Positions 12,926 through 26,700 of a DNA stretch of 64,000 nucleotides are shown here, piece by piece (the first letter of the stretch is position 1; each line of letters begins with the position of its first letter). The position numbers were made by a program, and so were the translations under genes. This DNA comes from Owenia fusiformis (taxonomy: Eukaryota), in contig CAIIXF020000001.1 of the NCBI GenBank assembly GCA_903813345.2, positions 47,182,001-47,246,000 on the forward strand, given 5' to 3'. Below the pieces are notes generated by a model, which searched no databases, was not told where the DNA came from, and saw only the letters and a list, made by a program, of their open reading frames with translations.

Positions 12926-14757
12926 AGATCTTCTATATATAGCACCTATTTCTACTATGAGAAAATTGTCTTTTTGATTGGCAATGTAAAATATGAATAT
13001 CTGTCTTATATACACATACATCTACGAATCAGAAAGGTTACATATAATACAAGAGCAACTCCACTGTAAAACAACTAAAATTAAATAATAGTAATAATGC
13101 ATGAATCGGGGTTCAATCTGCTATAAATATATTAAATGATCACCTCTCCTGGGGCCCCTTCCAAAATTTGAACATAGTCAGACGTTGGGCAAAAACCCAT
13201 TGCGTAGCCCCCAAAATCTGAGGATGTATGATGATGTAATGATGTATATCAATAGTCAGTACTAATGAGTACTAATAGTGTTTAATTCTCTTAAATGATA
13301 TTTATACATGAGCAACTAAAAATGATATTTTCTCAGAGAATTATTATTATAATCATATGGCACGTTGAAACATTATATAACAACTTCTAACTCAAGTATG
13401 CCGACAGCTTGAGTAATAGCTTGTAGAAGTCACAGATCAAAAATCAGTCAAGTTTTGACTACAAAGGCAATACTGCTAAGGCAATTTGAATCAATAGGGA
13501 CCAATGATTCCATGTTAATTAACCTGAGACATTTTAATTGTAATTTGAATACAAAAAGTTTTCAAAAATGTATACATGTATCAGTCCAATTTGTTTAACT
13601 CATTTACCCAGTAGTTTGAAAAAAATAAACGATTTGTCAGTGAGGAACTAACTTGGAGAAGGGCATTTGATATTACATGTAGTTGTCTTGCCAATTCTTC
13701 TCGTTTCCAGTTACAGACCAAATAAGTTAAAGGTGATATCGGTAAGTATACATAATACCTAGTACTGCCTTGACTAATATTATCCCAGAGTATTATACAC
13801 ACACATGGATTTAAATGTATTCAAAAATCAATGTTTCAAAATATAAGAGTTTATCACAGAAACACCTGCATCAGTTTATCTTAAGCACCTCTGACAGCTG
13901 ATTCTGCTACAAAAAACAGTTACTCTTAAACAGATTTTCATTTTCAATGACATACATATATTGTATGCCTTTTTTGTATGTATTGAGCAAAATGTTTCCC
14001 ATTACACTACACTGTATTCGTATTACATTAACCTAATACATATCTATAATATTATATACACATCACAATGTAAGGCATCTCCATGCTAGCTGCAACCAGA
14101 TCTATCACAAAATCTCTACCAATATAAGGCCAAAGAATACTCATATTTCTTAACTGATTTCAAGAACTACACAATTGAAAGATAATAATTTATAGGCACA
14201 CTGTAGATCACTAACCTCTGCTCTGCACAATCTAGTAACAATGAATGTAAAAACCTTTGACTTTCATTTTCAGGGTGGGGGGATGTCAAGCAAAAACATG
14301 ACTAAAGGAAATAGAAGGGATTAAACTGAGTCTTGAGAGCAAATTTAAAAAATGTAACAATTTGCAATATTTTTTGATTTACAATACTTTTTGCTTTCAT
14401 CATTCCATTTATCATGACTATATTTCAGGATTGTATTTGATTTTAAAGTCATTTGAAAAATGAAACATTCCATTATTTCAATCCTTTTGAATTTAAACAT
14501 ATTTGCATCTTAAATCGTTAATAAATTCCATATTTGAACACATATATCATGGTAAGATTTCTGATTTCCTATCCCTTCTTATTCCTTTATAATCATGAAT
14601 TGGAGCATTGCCTTTTAATATTGCTACTTGGCATGTATCATATTGCTCATTAAATACTATTTCATGCATATAAAATAAGATCTGACTGAGTGATATCACA
14701 TTTAATATTAAAGGGGAAACCTATTGGACACACATTTCAAGAGGTTAAGGCTGCCAT

Positions 14758-17700
14758 TTATGAATACACAGCTTTGATACAAAATGTTTCTTCATTTTTA
14801 TCATCTTCATCATTGATGAACACCAGAATCTCAGTTGACCCTGGAGTTTGACTAGGTGCAAATCTCAGTCCAATAGATGCTGACTCCATGGCCCCAATTT
14901 CCAGCCGTGTGTCTCTAAATTGTACAAGATCATCTCTATTGCTGCAGAGCAAGAATGTTTTCTTTGTGGGATATGGGTTCATATATGATATCCTCTTATT
15001 GGAGCCTTTTCCCCCTCCCACGGGCAGCATTAATTCAAATGCTTTAGACACCAGGGGTGCGCGACAGCTGATGCAAACTAACCATGTCCGAATCAGCTGA
15101 TGATATTCAGTGTCCACAACGTTAAGGTACAGGAACTTGCTGCCGACTTGCAGAGGTCTCACTCCAACATTGATCTCTTGGACTGCCCCTGCAGGCAGCA
15201 TGAATGCCTGGTTTGGTTTAATCTGCATTTCTTTGGGCTGTGATGAGAAACACTTCACCAGCCGAGATGCCTGAGTACCCCTGAAAAATAGTATATGTAT
15301 ATGAGAGGATTTGCTATGTATTTTCATTGCTAAATTAGGTAATGATAAATTTCTAATTCATTTCAAACATATACATGTAGTAATACAGTACATGTAAGTT
15401 ATTGTTTGTTTCTTACATTCAGACTAATTCAATGCACCATGAAATTGTTGTAAGAAGTAGTCAGCCATTGTAAATATATTCTACAAAAAATGTTCACCTA
15501 ATATGTGAACAATTAATCCATTGTTGGTACTTCATGTTATATATTGCCTAGAAGGACTAGTACTCATTTTCATCTTTCTTTTAAATACAAGGGGTTTTAC
15601 GAAGGCATCATTCTCACATGATTTAATATTACCTGAGTATAAGAGAAAAGCGACTTGTCTGCCCTTCTACACACTGGACATCCACCCTCTGCAGGGAGTG
15701 AACATAGAATTGCCAAGTCTGGACAGGCTTTGATTGATAGTGGTCCGTATAGATGGCGATAAAGAATTTCTTTAGTTGAGGCGAGGCACCACATGCCACC
15801 TGGTTAAAAAATGTTTTAAGAATTTAAATGAATACGAATATTGATGTTAGAATATAAGTTGATGCAGTAATGCCATGTACTGTTCATTTTTGTCCAATAA
15901 AAAGATGTTTTCTCAAAAGTTTTTATTTGAATTTGATCAATGTGCATGTTATCTGCCAATTAAATAATATTAGCAGTATTTTATTAAAATTCAATTTTAA
16001 TTACATTTTATTTAAATTAAATGCAAATTGAATCTTGAAAAACGATTTTTGACAAGAGAAATGTCACCTCTGCTTTGTTACAAATGTAGAATGCTGACTG
16101 CCAAATGCTAACCGCCAAACACTCTCCACAAAAAGTTGGAGACTGTAACAATATATCTGACTTTCTGGTGAAAATGAAATTAATGAAATACACCATGTCT
16201 GTCTACCCACCTTGAAACTCATGTCCATGGGTTCACCTGAAGGGACCATTCTTGTTTCACAGATGACATTTGGGTCACTGCATCGCACAAATATTTGACT
16301 CATCTCACCAGCAATGGGAGCATCTGAAATAAAGATGGCAGCACACATTATTAGCAGCATATAAATGAATAACTTAAAAAATAAGTTTAATGATTTCAGC
16401 ATTTTTCATGAATATAAAAGCAATATCTTGGACAGAATATTTAATATCCCATCCAATCTGTATCATTTATGAAAAATGGCATTAAAATAGCAAAATGCCA
16501 TCACCTGCAAATTGTTACAAAAGTGTTATAAGGATCCTGATGGCAACTGCAAGTGCTAATGCTAGTTTTTGGAGAGACATCACATTGTCTCTTATGTTGT
16601 TTTAATCTCTAAATGTATAATAAAAACCTTTCAATGTTGAATTTAGTTAGACAGATTATACTGTATTTTCATGTTATTAGAGATGGTGTCTAAATGGTGA
16701 CAGTTGAAAAAATGAATTTAATTTTGTTATAGTTTAACCCCCTTCCTCACAAAACAATTCCTTTAGCTAACTCTTCAACAACTGTCAACAATTAAACATC
16801 ATTGTTTAAGAGAGATACGTACTTGGCAAGTTGCTGACTGGTGGTAGACGAATTGACTTTTTCAAGAATGACTGTTCTGGATGATGAAACCTGAATGTCT
16901 GGTCCACAATATGGGGCTGTGGGGCCACATGTAATGACAATATTGCAACAGGTTTGTTCTCCTCTGTTTTAAAATGGATTTTGATAATCTTGCTGTCCAT
17001 AACATTTTCTTTCTTCGTTTCTGGTTTCTTTGGATGGTAAGGATCATGGGGCCCCTAGAATATAATGAGCATAGTTCATAAAACATACAGTCAATTCAGT
17101 TCAATTTGTCAAAACCTTTACCCAATGAACATATATAAGATGCAATATCCTTATTTATCTTACCTAAAAAGACTATGAAACAGTGTATGAAAATGGCATG
17201 AGGAGAGAATGATGTAGTATTTTTAGTTCTCATGTAAACAACATTTGAATTTTTATAAAATAACTTGAACAAACACTCATAACGTTTTTCAACACCAACC
17301 TGGGACTGTACAGAGTGGTCTGCCCTAAATGTGAGGTAGCGGAATGGCACATGGACGGTTTCTTTAGGACGTAGAAAAATCTCAGGACGTAGTGATGAAC
17401 TCTGCGTATTGAACATCCCTTCCTCAACTGGTGTATTTAGGTTGTTGAGCACTTTGAAATACCTCCACTCTCTAGCATCTGTGATTAAACTGAAATGAGC
17501 ATCAATGACAAGTAAGAACATCAGAAATTTCATTCATTACACAAGGCATTTACATACAAAATGTCACCACCTGATAATTGTTACATTTTTTACAGGTGCC
17601 ATCATTTGTTACAGATGCCCTGTTACAGATGCTGAATGCCAAACACTGTCCACCGAAAAGTTGGAGACCATACCAATATGTCACCCACTTCTGTTGGTGA

Positions 17701-20700
17701 CATAATAAATGCATATTATAGTGCTAGTGTCTTCCAAGTTTGTTTTGTTTTCTGATCAAATTCCTAATTTGCCAAATTAGTCTCTTAGTTGCACAAATAA
17801 TTTCAGCCTAATTCTACATTTAAACTCTCTCACCAGTGTCACCACAGCTTCAGATGCATTAAAATAAACAATAATCTGAAAGTTGCCAAAAAGGACCAAT
17901 TTCCCAGAGGTTCAGGACTAAGTACTTGCTTGATACAATTCCAAAGAAATTCCTCACAACTCAAGTCATAATTGTCACAGTGATTTATTGTATCGTTCCT
18001 ATATAAAGTCAAGCTGCTGTAAAAACTCACTTGAGATCTGCATCCTCCCATTCAAGGTTTATAGTATGTTTAACATTATATGGATTAGTTAAGACAAATT
18101 CAAAGAACTCAGTGGTTCCCATACAAGGATGTATGGTGTATTCTTTGGATATTGCCTGGTTTAACATGTTCAGTATTCCATCACGTTTATTCTCAGATCT
18201 ATACAGTTCTATTGTGCGTAGATTTTGCATTCTTTCAGCTTTTTCCTGCCTGAAAGACTGAAATATAGAAACAGTTGATTGATATACTTGTGATGTCAAA
18301 ATAGCAATATTGTGAGGGTCAATTGAAAGCTAACATATTTTATTATTTTTAGTTGTTATACAGATGGCTTAAAATAACAAAGGTGTTGGCTGGTTATTTA
18401 TTATAACTAATCTAAAAATTTAATTCTTGGGAAATTCCATGAGATCAAGATTCTGCAAATCCACTAAAAGTATGGACCATTTAGGCTTGCAGGAATTCAT
18501 ATTATTGCAAAGGAGATCATTAGATACATACAGTTACAGTCTGTAGCTGGTTTTCACTGCCCTCCAGCTTCCTGAGAGCTTCCATTCTACGCAGTTTCCG
18601 TTGCTTTGCTGAATCGCCCTCACGATTTGACTCTTCTAAAGGTCTTATACTCTTGTCATAATTAGTATTCAACAGTGACGCTAATTCCTGATTTGTGGCT
18701 GTGAGGGGCATTGCCTTGTTGCGCTTTGTGCCTTGCATTCTAGTTATTCCAGCATTTAAACTCCCTCCTAAGAATGAGGACTTTCCACGCTGATCTACTA
18801 CTTTTTGAGGGGTACCAAATATTTGTATAGACCCTGAAATAGAAGTGCAATTTTTAACTTTAATGTTCTGCAGAGAAGAGGCTGTGAGTCAGCTTAAAAC
18901 TATAAGCAATCTAGTACCAAAGTCAAAACCATATTGAGTACTACATGCTGTACTGTACAGTGTACATTATGTATCTTAATATTTTGAAGTTGTTAGATTT
19001 ATTCAATAACAATCATAACTTACAAAAATATTTATCAATTCAGGAAAAATTACATAGACTCAGCTTCTGAGTAATCTATCACAGTACAAATACTACATGC
19101 CTGTGTTTTAAAGATAATCAATCCAAAATGCCCATACCTGTTGTCCTTGCCTTTCTATCAGCCTCATAACCAACATTGGCCATTCGTAGATGCAGCCTTC
19201 CCTTCATTAGAGCCTGTACACCAACAGGCCTCACTGCAGCCCCTGCATTGGGGTCAGTCATCATAGGCTCCTGGTCAGTCTCTGAGTACTCAGTAGCAAC
19301 AACATCTAGTTCATATGTCACCTGAACAGCCTCACGACCTTGTCTACATAGTGGCTACAATAAAGGAGAACAAACTTACGATGGAACAATGTTAACATTT
19401 ACTATGAATGGTAACCCAGAGTTAAAAAGAAATAATATTCTACAGTGTTATGCAGAATCCTACACCCCCAATCCGCACTCTGATATCACGGAACCGTATA
19501 CGGTACCGTTCTGTACCATTTACATGGTTCAGTACGGTACATTAAGAGTATGGTAGCGTACAGTGCCGTAGGAGGTTGGAGTATGGTACCGTACCGTTTT
19601 AGCAATAAAATATAGGATTACAATATCTCTGTATTTGAAAGCCTGGTCTACATAAAAATTAATCATGTTAAAACTCAATATTAATCTAAATTAATGAATC
19701 TAAAAAGTTCAAAGGGATTGGATTTTGAGGAATTATGGCCTTGGCACTTATTGCAAATAATTCCACTTAAAGTCTGCAATACCTTTAGCTCTATGGAACA
19801 TGATCCTATGAGCAGTAAAGAATCACCATCCCATACATCAATATGTAAGGTGCCCTCAGCTAGGTACTTCACAAACAGTCGGCCCTCTCCTATTGTCAGA
19901 TAGTTTGGGTCCATGTAGTATTTCATCTAAGATATATTAACAAACAAATAGACAACAGGAAATGTTGGACAAGTACCATATTATTTGTTAAAGAATGAAT
20001 ATTTATACATAAATTAAAAATGCAAATTATAGCACATGTTGCTTATATAAAGTTATAGGACACACAGTAATTTGTCACATGAGTTAACTTATATGCCTAA
20101 TATGTTTTATTTTCCAAAGTCACATTATGGTTTAGGAACTTCACATTTTGCCCCTGCTAATGAAATACAATTTATCAGAATGATCTACTTTTTAATTTAA
20201 CACAGGGTGTAAATATTCTTTAGTATCAGTATTGAATAGTTCATGTTACTCTAGTGTGACTAGTGATTGATGGGAAATATTATTTATTGATGATGTTATG
20301 TACCTGGTATCCTGGGAGACCCTTCAACACAGACCCATCATTGTTAAGCTTCTGAAGCAGGCATGGTAAACATTGTGGATCCATCGAGAGGTCTCCTTCA
20401 ACTGTACCCAATAATAGTCTAAAATCACAATGATTGTTAAAAGAAGGATGTTGATGGGCTTACCAAAACACCATAGGTTGGTCCCATGTCTCTAAAGTCA
20501 TTTGAACTTCATTACATTATTTATTATGCAGGCATATTCCTTGTGAAAACCTACCTTTCTGTTGTGACCTGTGGGAACTTGTAGAACTGGAACGTGAAGA
20601 AGACTGTACCTTGTTTGCTACCTGTAGGGCTATCCCCACTGGATAGCATCCTAAAGTATAAAAGAAATGAATTTGATAAAAACTGTGATATCTGATTGTT

Positions 20701-23700
20701 CGAGTAATGAGGATCCAACTGTTATATTAGAATATCATACAGCGGTATGGAATACTGTATAGAGATGTCATGAACACCCAAGTTTGAGCCAGTGTTCCAA
20801 AAGCCAGTGTTCCAAAAAATGCATCTTTTCTTCAAGAAGGTTTTGAATTCAGATAATCTACTGAAATGCCATGATGGCTAAGACCATTCTGTAAAATTTC
20901 TGTTCCATGACATCTCTAATGGAATGGTGAATGTAATGGAATGGTGAATAAGTCTATAAATCTGAGGATTTCATAAATTAAATGGATGCATGTACATATA
21001 TTTTTAACAAGGCACAGACGTGAACAATATCGTACCTAAAACACAGCATTGTGGTCTTGTTGACCAAGAAAGCAAGATGGCCGCAGAAAAGTTAATCAGC
21101 TCTATAACTTATCACTGTGTAACATATGTAAAAAATTTGAACGGTTTGGCTGGAAACCTGTAGACAAGTCTTGAAAGTGAAGATTTTAGGACGGAAAATC
21201 CAAAATGGCCACCTTAAAATTTACCCAGAATGCCCAAAAACCAATCAGTTCTTGACGTTGATATGTAGAAACATCCCTGAAAATTTCAGATGAATCCCTC
21301 AAAAGGTTTGGCTGGAAACCTGTAGACAAGTCTTGAAAGTAAAGATTTTAGGACAAAAAATCCAAAATGGCCACCTTAAAATTTACCCAGAATGCCCAAA
21401 AACTAATCAGTTCTTGACGTTGATATGTAGAAACATCCCTGAAAATTTCAGATGAATCCCTCAAATGGTTTGGCTGAAAACCTGTAGACAAGTCTTGAAA
21501 GTGAAGATTTTAGGACGGAAAATCCAAAATGACCACCTTAAAATTTACCCAGAATGCCCAAAAACTATTTAGTTCTTGACGTTGATATGTAGAAACATCC
21601 CTGAAAATTTCAGATGAATCCCTCAAATGGTTTGGCTGGAAACCTGTAGACAAGTCTTGAAAGTGAAGATTTTAGGACGGAAAATCCAAAATGGCCACCT
21701 TAAAATTTACCCAGAATGCCCAAAAACTAATCAGTTCTTGACGTTGATATGTAGAAACATCCCTGAAAATTTCAGATGAATCCCTCAAATGGTTTGGCTG
21801 GAAACCTGTAGACAAGTCTTGAAAGTGACGATTTTAGGACGGAAAATCCAAAATGGCCACCTTAAGATTTACCCAGAATGCCCAAAAACTAATCAGTTCT
21901 TGACGTTGATATGTAGAGACATCCCTGAAAATTTCAGATGAATCCCTCAAATGGTTTGGCTGGAAACCTGTAGACAAGCTGAAAAGTGAGACGCCGCCCG
22001 CCCGCCAAGCTGACTACAATATCGTACCTTTTGTTAGGTAGGATAACAAGCTGACTACAATATCGTACCTTTTGTAAGGTACGATAAAAATTGTCAATTG
22101 TCATGTCATGTTTTGTTGTTATAACAATATTTCACCATGAAACAATGGATTTGGTCAAGCCACTTTGTAGAGTCATTTCAAAAAAAGTTACATAACTCCA
22201 AAAGTATAGTTGAAAATACTTACTTTGAAAATGCGAGAAATTGCAGCGTGATCTCATTGCACTGTAAATCATCAGCCTCCTCATTGCCCATTACAAATGT
22301 CGCGACATCTGTGGGATCTACCACTTCAGGGGGCTCGTCATTTCTATCAAGTATTGGTGGGAAACCAGCATTGTATAGTTTAGCATAGGCTGCCCTGGAG
22401 AGACCCTGACCACTAAACAAAAGGAAAAAGTTATCTTGAAAAAGAAGTTGTACTTTAAGAAGATCTCTTGAAAAAGCTGTACAGTAAAAATAAAGGTGTA
22501 CTCTAAAACATTATTTTTATAATCAATCTAGTAAGTTAACACATACACAAGACCTAAAAGTAAAAATCAATTAAACACTGACCTGGTCATATTAGGGGCT
22601 GTAACCATGATAGGGGCATGGACAGGGGTGAATGGCAGCTCATTTAACTCAGGACTTCCCATCCCCATTCTTGCTGACACAGGCTGAAACAAAATGATAA
22701 TTGAAAAAGAGTTTATTTACTTTTAATTGTTTATATTATGAAGTACAACTTGATTTATATCACTAAAAAAATATAGCATGACAAATCTCTAAAAAGTGGC
22801 TATAACACAATGTCACCAATTAGATCTAATTATGATGACAAAAAGAATCAAAAAAAATATACATGCAAATATAAATTTTGAGATTTCTTTGAAATATTCA
22901 GATTTCTGTGTCCTTTTGTCAACAATGCTGCAAATCAATCTGAGTAAACAAAGACCTGATGGCTACACTGACTGTATGTATGCGTACTATATTACTACAC
23001 AACTATAAACTTACATCTCTAAGGTGTGTTATCTCCATGGGATACATATTGTTCATTGACTGCATGAGGCCAGGGTAGCCTGAACTCACCATTCCTGACA
23101 TCATGGGGGTGGGAGCAGGGGAGTACCCACTCTGAGTGCCTTGGGCAAATACTACAACACAAAATCACATGTTTCAAATTCGCATACTATCGTTATCGTC
23201 ACAAGCATTTTCCATTACTGTATATACATTTTAATATTGTTTTTTGTATTCTATACATGTACATGTATACCAGGCTATGAGATGTCCCAGTTCCTAAGGT
23301 ACTATGCACTATCAACAAACACAGATTAAATTAATATAGTAATATAGGGGTATAGGGGGAGAGGGAGAGAAAGGATTCATTAAGATAAGGTGTAAAGGTC
23401 CCAGAACAATGCATCAAATCTCTTTAAGGTCTTCATAAATTCATAACGTGTGACTCAATGTGTTCATTAATTGTGATCTCCCATACCTTGATTTTGAGGG
23501 AACATCATGCTGGCCTGTGGGGGTGGTACAAATTGGCCTGACCCTGGCACTGACAGGTAGGATTGAGCTGTACCCGTTCTGAAATTGAATCATATAAGAT
23601 AATTATGTGTAGAAGTTATATTAACAGGTCAGAAAGTGTTATTTTTTCAAAATTGTCAAAAATTCATTACAATTATTGCACAAAAGATCAATTTTCCTAA

Positions 23701-26700
23701 AATTGCAAGAATGTGAATTTATTTCAAGAAAGTACATTGATTTTAAGGACATTTGGTACACAGTGTAATTTTGAAAAGGGAGACATCCCATTTTTCAATT
23801 GTCTCTGCAGAAAATTGTGAATGAGTATAAGTTATAAGGTCACCTTATCTAGCAAAATGTATATCTTCAATCCAAATGTATAATATGGAAATAAATAATT
23901 ATATATCACCTTCTAGGCATTGGAGGTTTACCAGGTGTGACAGGTATCTCATTGAGTATGCTACTCTCCCCCTCTGTTCCCATGCTGGCTTGAGATGTGC
24001 TCAAGTGCTTGTGCTGGTGCAAGAGAGATGCCGCTTGGTGGAAGTTGGTGCTCTTTTCACCCTGTGGTTTCTGCAATTAGTTAAATCATGGAACATTTGT
24101 AAATGCAATCAATTTTAAAGATAATGTCTGTCTTAATTGAAAAATGTTCTTGAATTTCAAAATTTCTAAATATGGATAGTAATTTGTTTCGTTTTTATGA
24201 AAAAGTTGACTTCTATCACAAATGCTTACCTGGAATTTTTCATTGACAAAGTTGAAGGTGAGTGATCCTGCGGCTTTTTTGGCAGCTGACAACTCCTGCA
24301 TTTCAGTTGGAGGGTTCTTATAGACATGAACAGAATCAGGGCATATAGTGGGCCCTCCAAGCATCTGTATTGTGATGTCAGAGTTCCGAGTATTTGAGTT
24401 GAATGGACTCCAAGCGGCCCAGCGTACAGCTACTGTATGTGATTGGGATCTGCTATTTGTATTCAGTAGCTATAATTAAGTACAATTTAGTTGAATAAAT
24501 TATACAGTGTATTGTCTCATTATAAAAAGTATCATGGTTTAGAGCTTTAATGTGACTTGATTACTGTTCTAGACATTATCACCAATCTTTGATCTGCTGA
24601 CCTATTCTTATTAACACATATAGAACTATTATTGAAGATTTCAAATCATCTCGAGCACATAAAAATCAAAAATGCACATATTTGTAACATTATTTTCTTT
24701 TGACCACCAAATTGACCTAACAAGTATAAATCACTGTGTGAGCAAAAAATGAAATATTCCCTGACTTTACTGAACAAAATTTAGTTTATATTTTAAACAA
24801 GACATTTTTTTTAATCATATTACAGATATATTAGGAAGGTTCAAAAAGGTACCTTTCTTTCTTCAGAGCTAATAGGTTCTCCAACCACATATTCCAGCAT
24901 AAATACCACAGTCATCATAGGGTCCTCACACATTCCTTCCAGCTCAACACGGTTCTTTAACACGAGGGCACTGCCCAAACTACCCCTGAAGAAAAAAAGG
25001 TTTACAATATTGCTGATATGTTATAACATAATAAGGGCTTTAAGTGAAATCTTCACATAACTGTGTAGCACTTTGAAAGGCTATTAATGAGCATCTTTAA
25101 ATATGTCAATAAAAGCATATCGAAACAAGAACTTACAGTGAGCCCACAGAAGGTGACCTTGAATGGCTGGGTAATGTACCTCCACGTCTTAGAGAGGATG
25201 TCCGTCGTGTCCCCATGCCTTGCCCTGCATGGTCCAGGGCTAGATAAACACACTGTGGTTCCTGTACATAGCACAGCCCATTGTGCACACCAATCTAAAA
25301 TTATTCAAGAGAATGTGGCTAAATTGTGCACACCAATGCACCATTACTAATGCCATGTCACTATTCATTGTCATGTTAGACTTAAAGCTACAATAATACA
25401 TAACTACTACTCCAATACCTTGTGGACAGCAATATAATGCCACATCAGCCCAATGTGCACATCGATACACAAAATTAGAAATTATATCGTGTCAGTGTAT
25501 TGTACACACCAATTTACAAAGATCTAAAGGAAATAAGAATGTACAGATTCTGGGCACCTACTTCAGCAGGTCAGATTTTTGCCAAAATACATTCTGCCCA
25601 ATAAACAATTCAAAAATCTCGGCCTCATAATATATACATTACCTGCAATCTTCTTTCAATGACAGCCACAATGGTGCCATCAGCTACTTTATTCTCCCTG
25701 TTAATCCTGTCCTCATTCAGCAGTTTACACAGCTCCTCTTCAAACTTGTCAAGCTGTGGTAGCATGTTCAGGGACACTTGGTCTATATGGCACTGCAGCG
25801 TCTTCAACAGCTTTGGCTTTCTAAGGTTATCCGAACCTAGAATAGTAAATACATGTAGCCATATCTATTTTTTCTTTTATCTTTTGATAGAATTATACAC
25901 TAAAAATGCATCATAGTATGCACATGTATTTTATAAAAATCATAAATGGCAATATTCAGTGATTTATCCGGGAATTTTGTCAACAGGATGCTAAATCCTA
26001 GTTTGTTTTTGATTGAAATATTTCAATATTTCACCCTTTTGGTAGTGTGCTAACAGATTTTCAACATTGTGGCATGTCAACAGACGGTGGCATGTCAACA
26101 GACTGTGGCACCCAGTTGCTCTAATGTTGGAGAAGTCACTGGGTCATTGTTTCATGAACTAAATATAATACTAAAATATTGCGCTATAAGAACTATTCAC
26201 ATTTAAAGATCAAATTAAAATATTGATGATTCTTACTACTCTGAAGTTGTTTCATCCATATAGGTAAGGTCTGAGTTTAATGAATCCCCAATAGGGGCAT
26301 TAAAAATCACATTCACAAGACAGGGTTTACTGTCATAGAAAACATATCAGGCCCGTAGCCAGGATTTGCCAAGGGGGGGTTCAGTTTTCAAAAATTTCCA
26401 GGGGGGGTTCACATTTGACAATTCTGGCCAAAACATGGCTAAAATCACTTGAGAAGTGCTCATTAAGGCGAAAAACTGCATGATTTTGAAATAATTTTTG
26501 GCCCGAACCATCCAACCCCCCTGACTTAGGGCCTGCACATCCTGTAATCTAGAAGACTCACCGGTTGGATCTTTAGCAACCTCCATGATTCCGGGCACTG
26601 TGTCCTGTTGGCCAACCAGAAAGTTCTCCGGAACCAGGTGCATTATCTTTACCATACTTTTATGTGTCCTTATTGTGTAATATAATTGGCAGCCAGAGAT

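Noticed and set aside
14888..18261. Plus-strand ORFs overlapping NPHP4 exons
   Set aside because: Antisense shadows of coding exons with no independent evidence.
19485..19600. GTACC/GGTAC-rich palindromic patch
   Set aside because: Probably a MITE remnant, but no termini or TSD could be defined.
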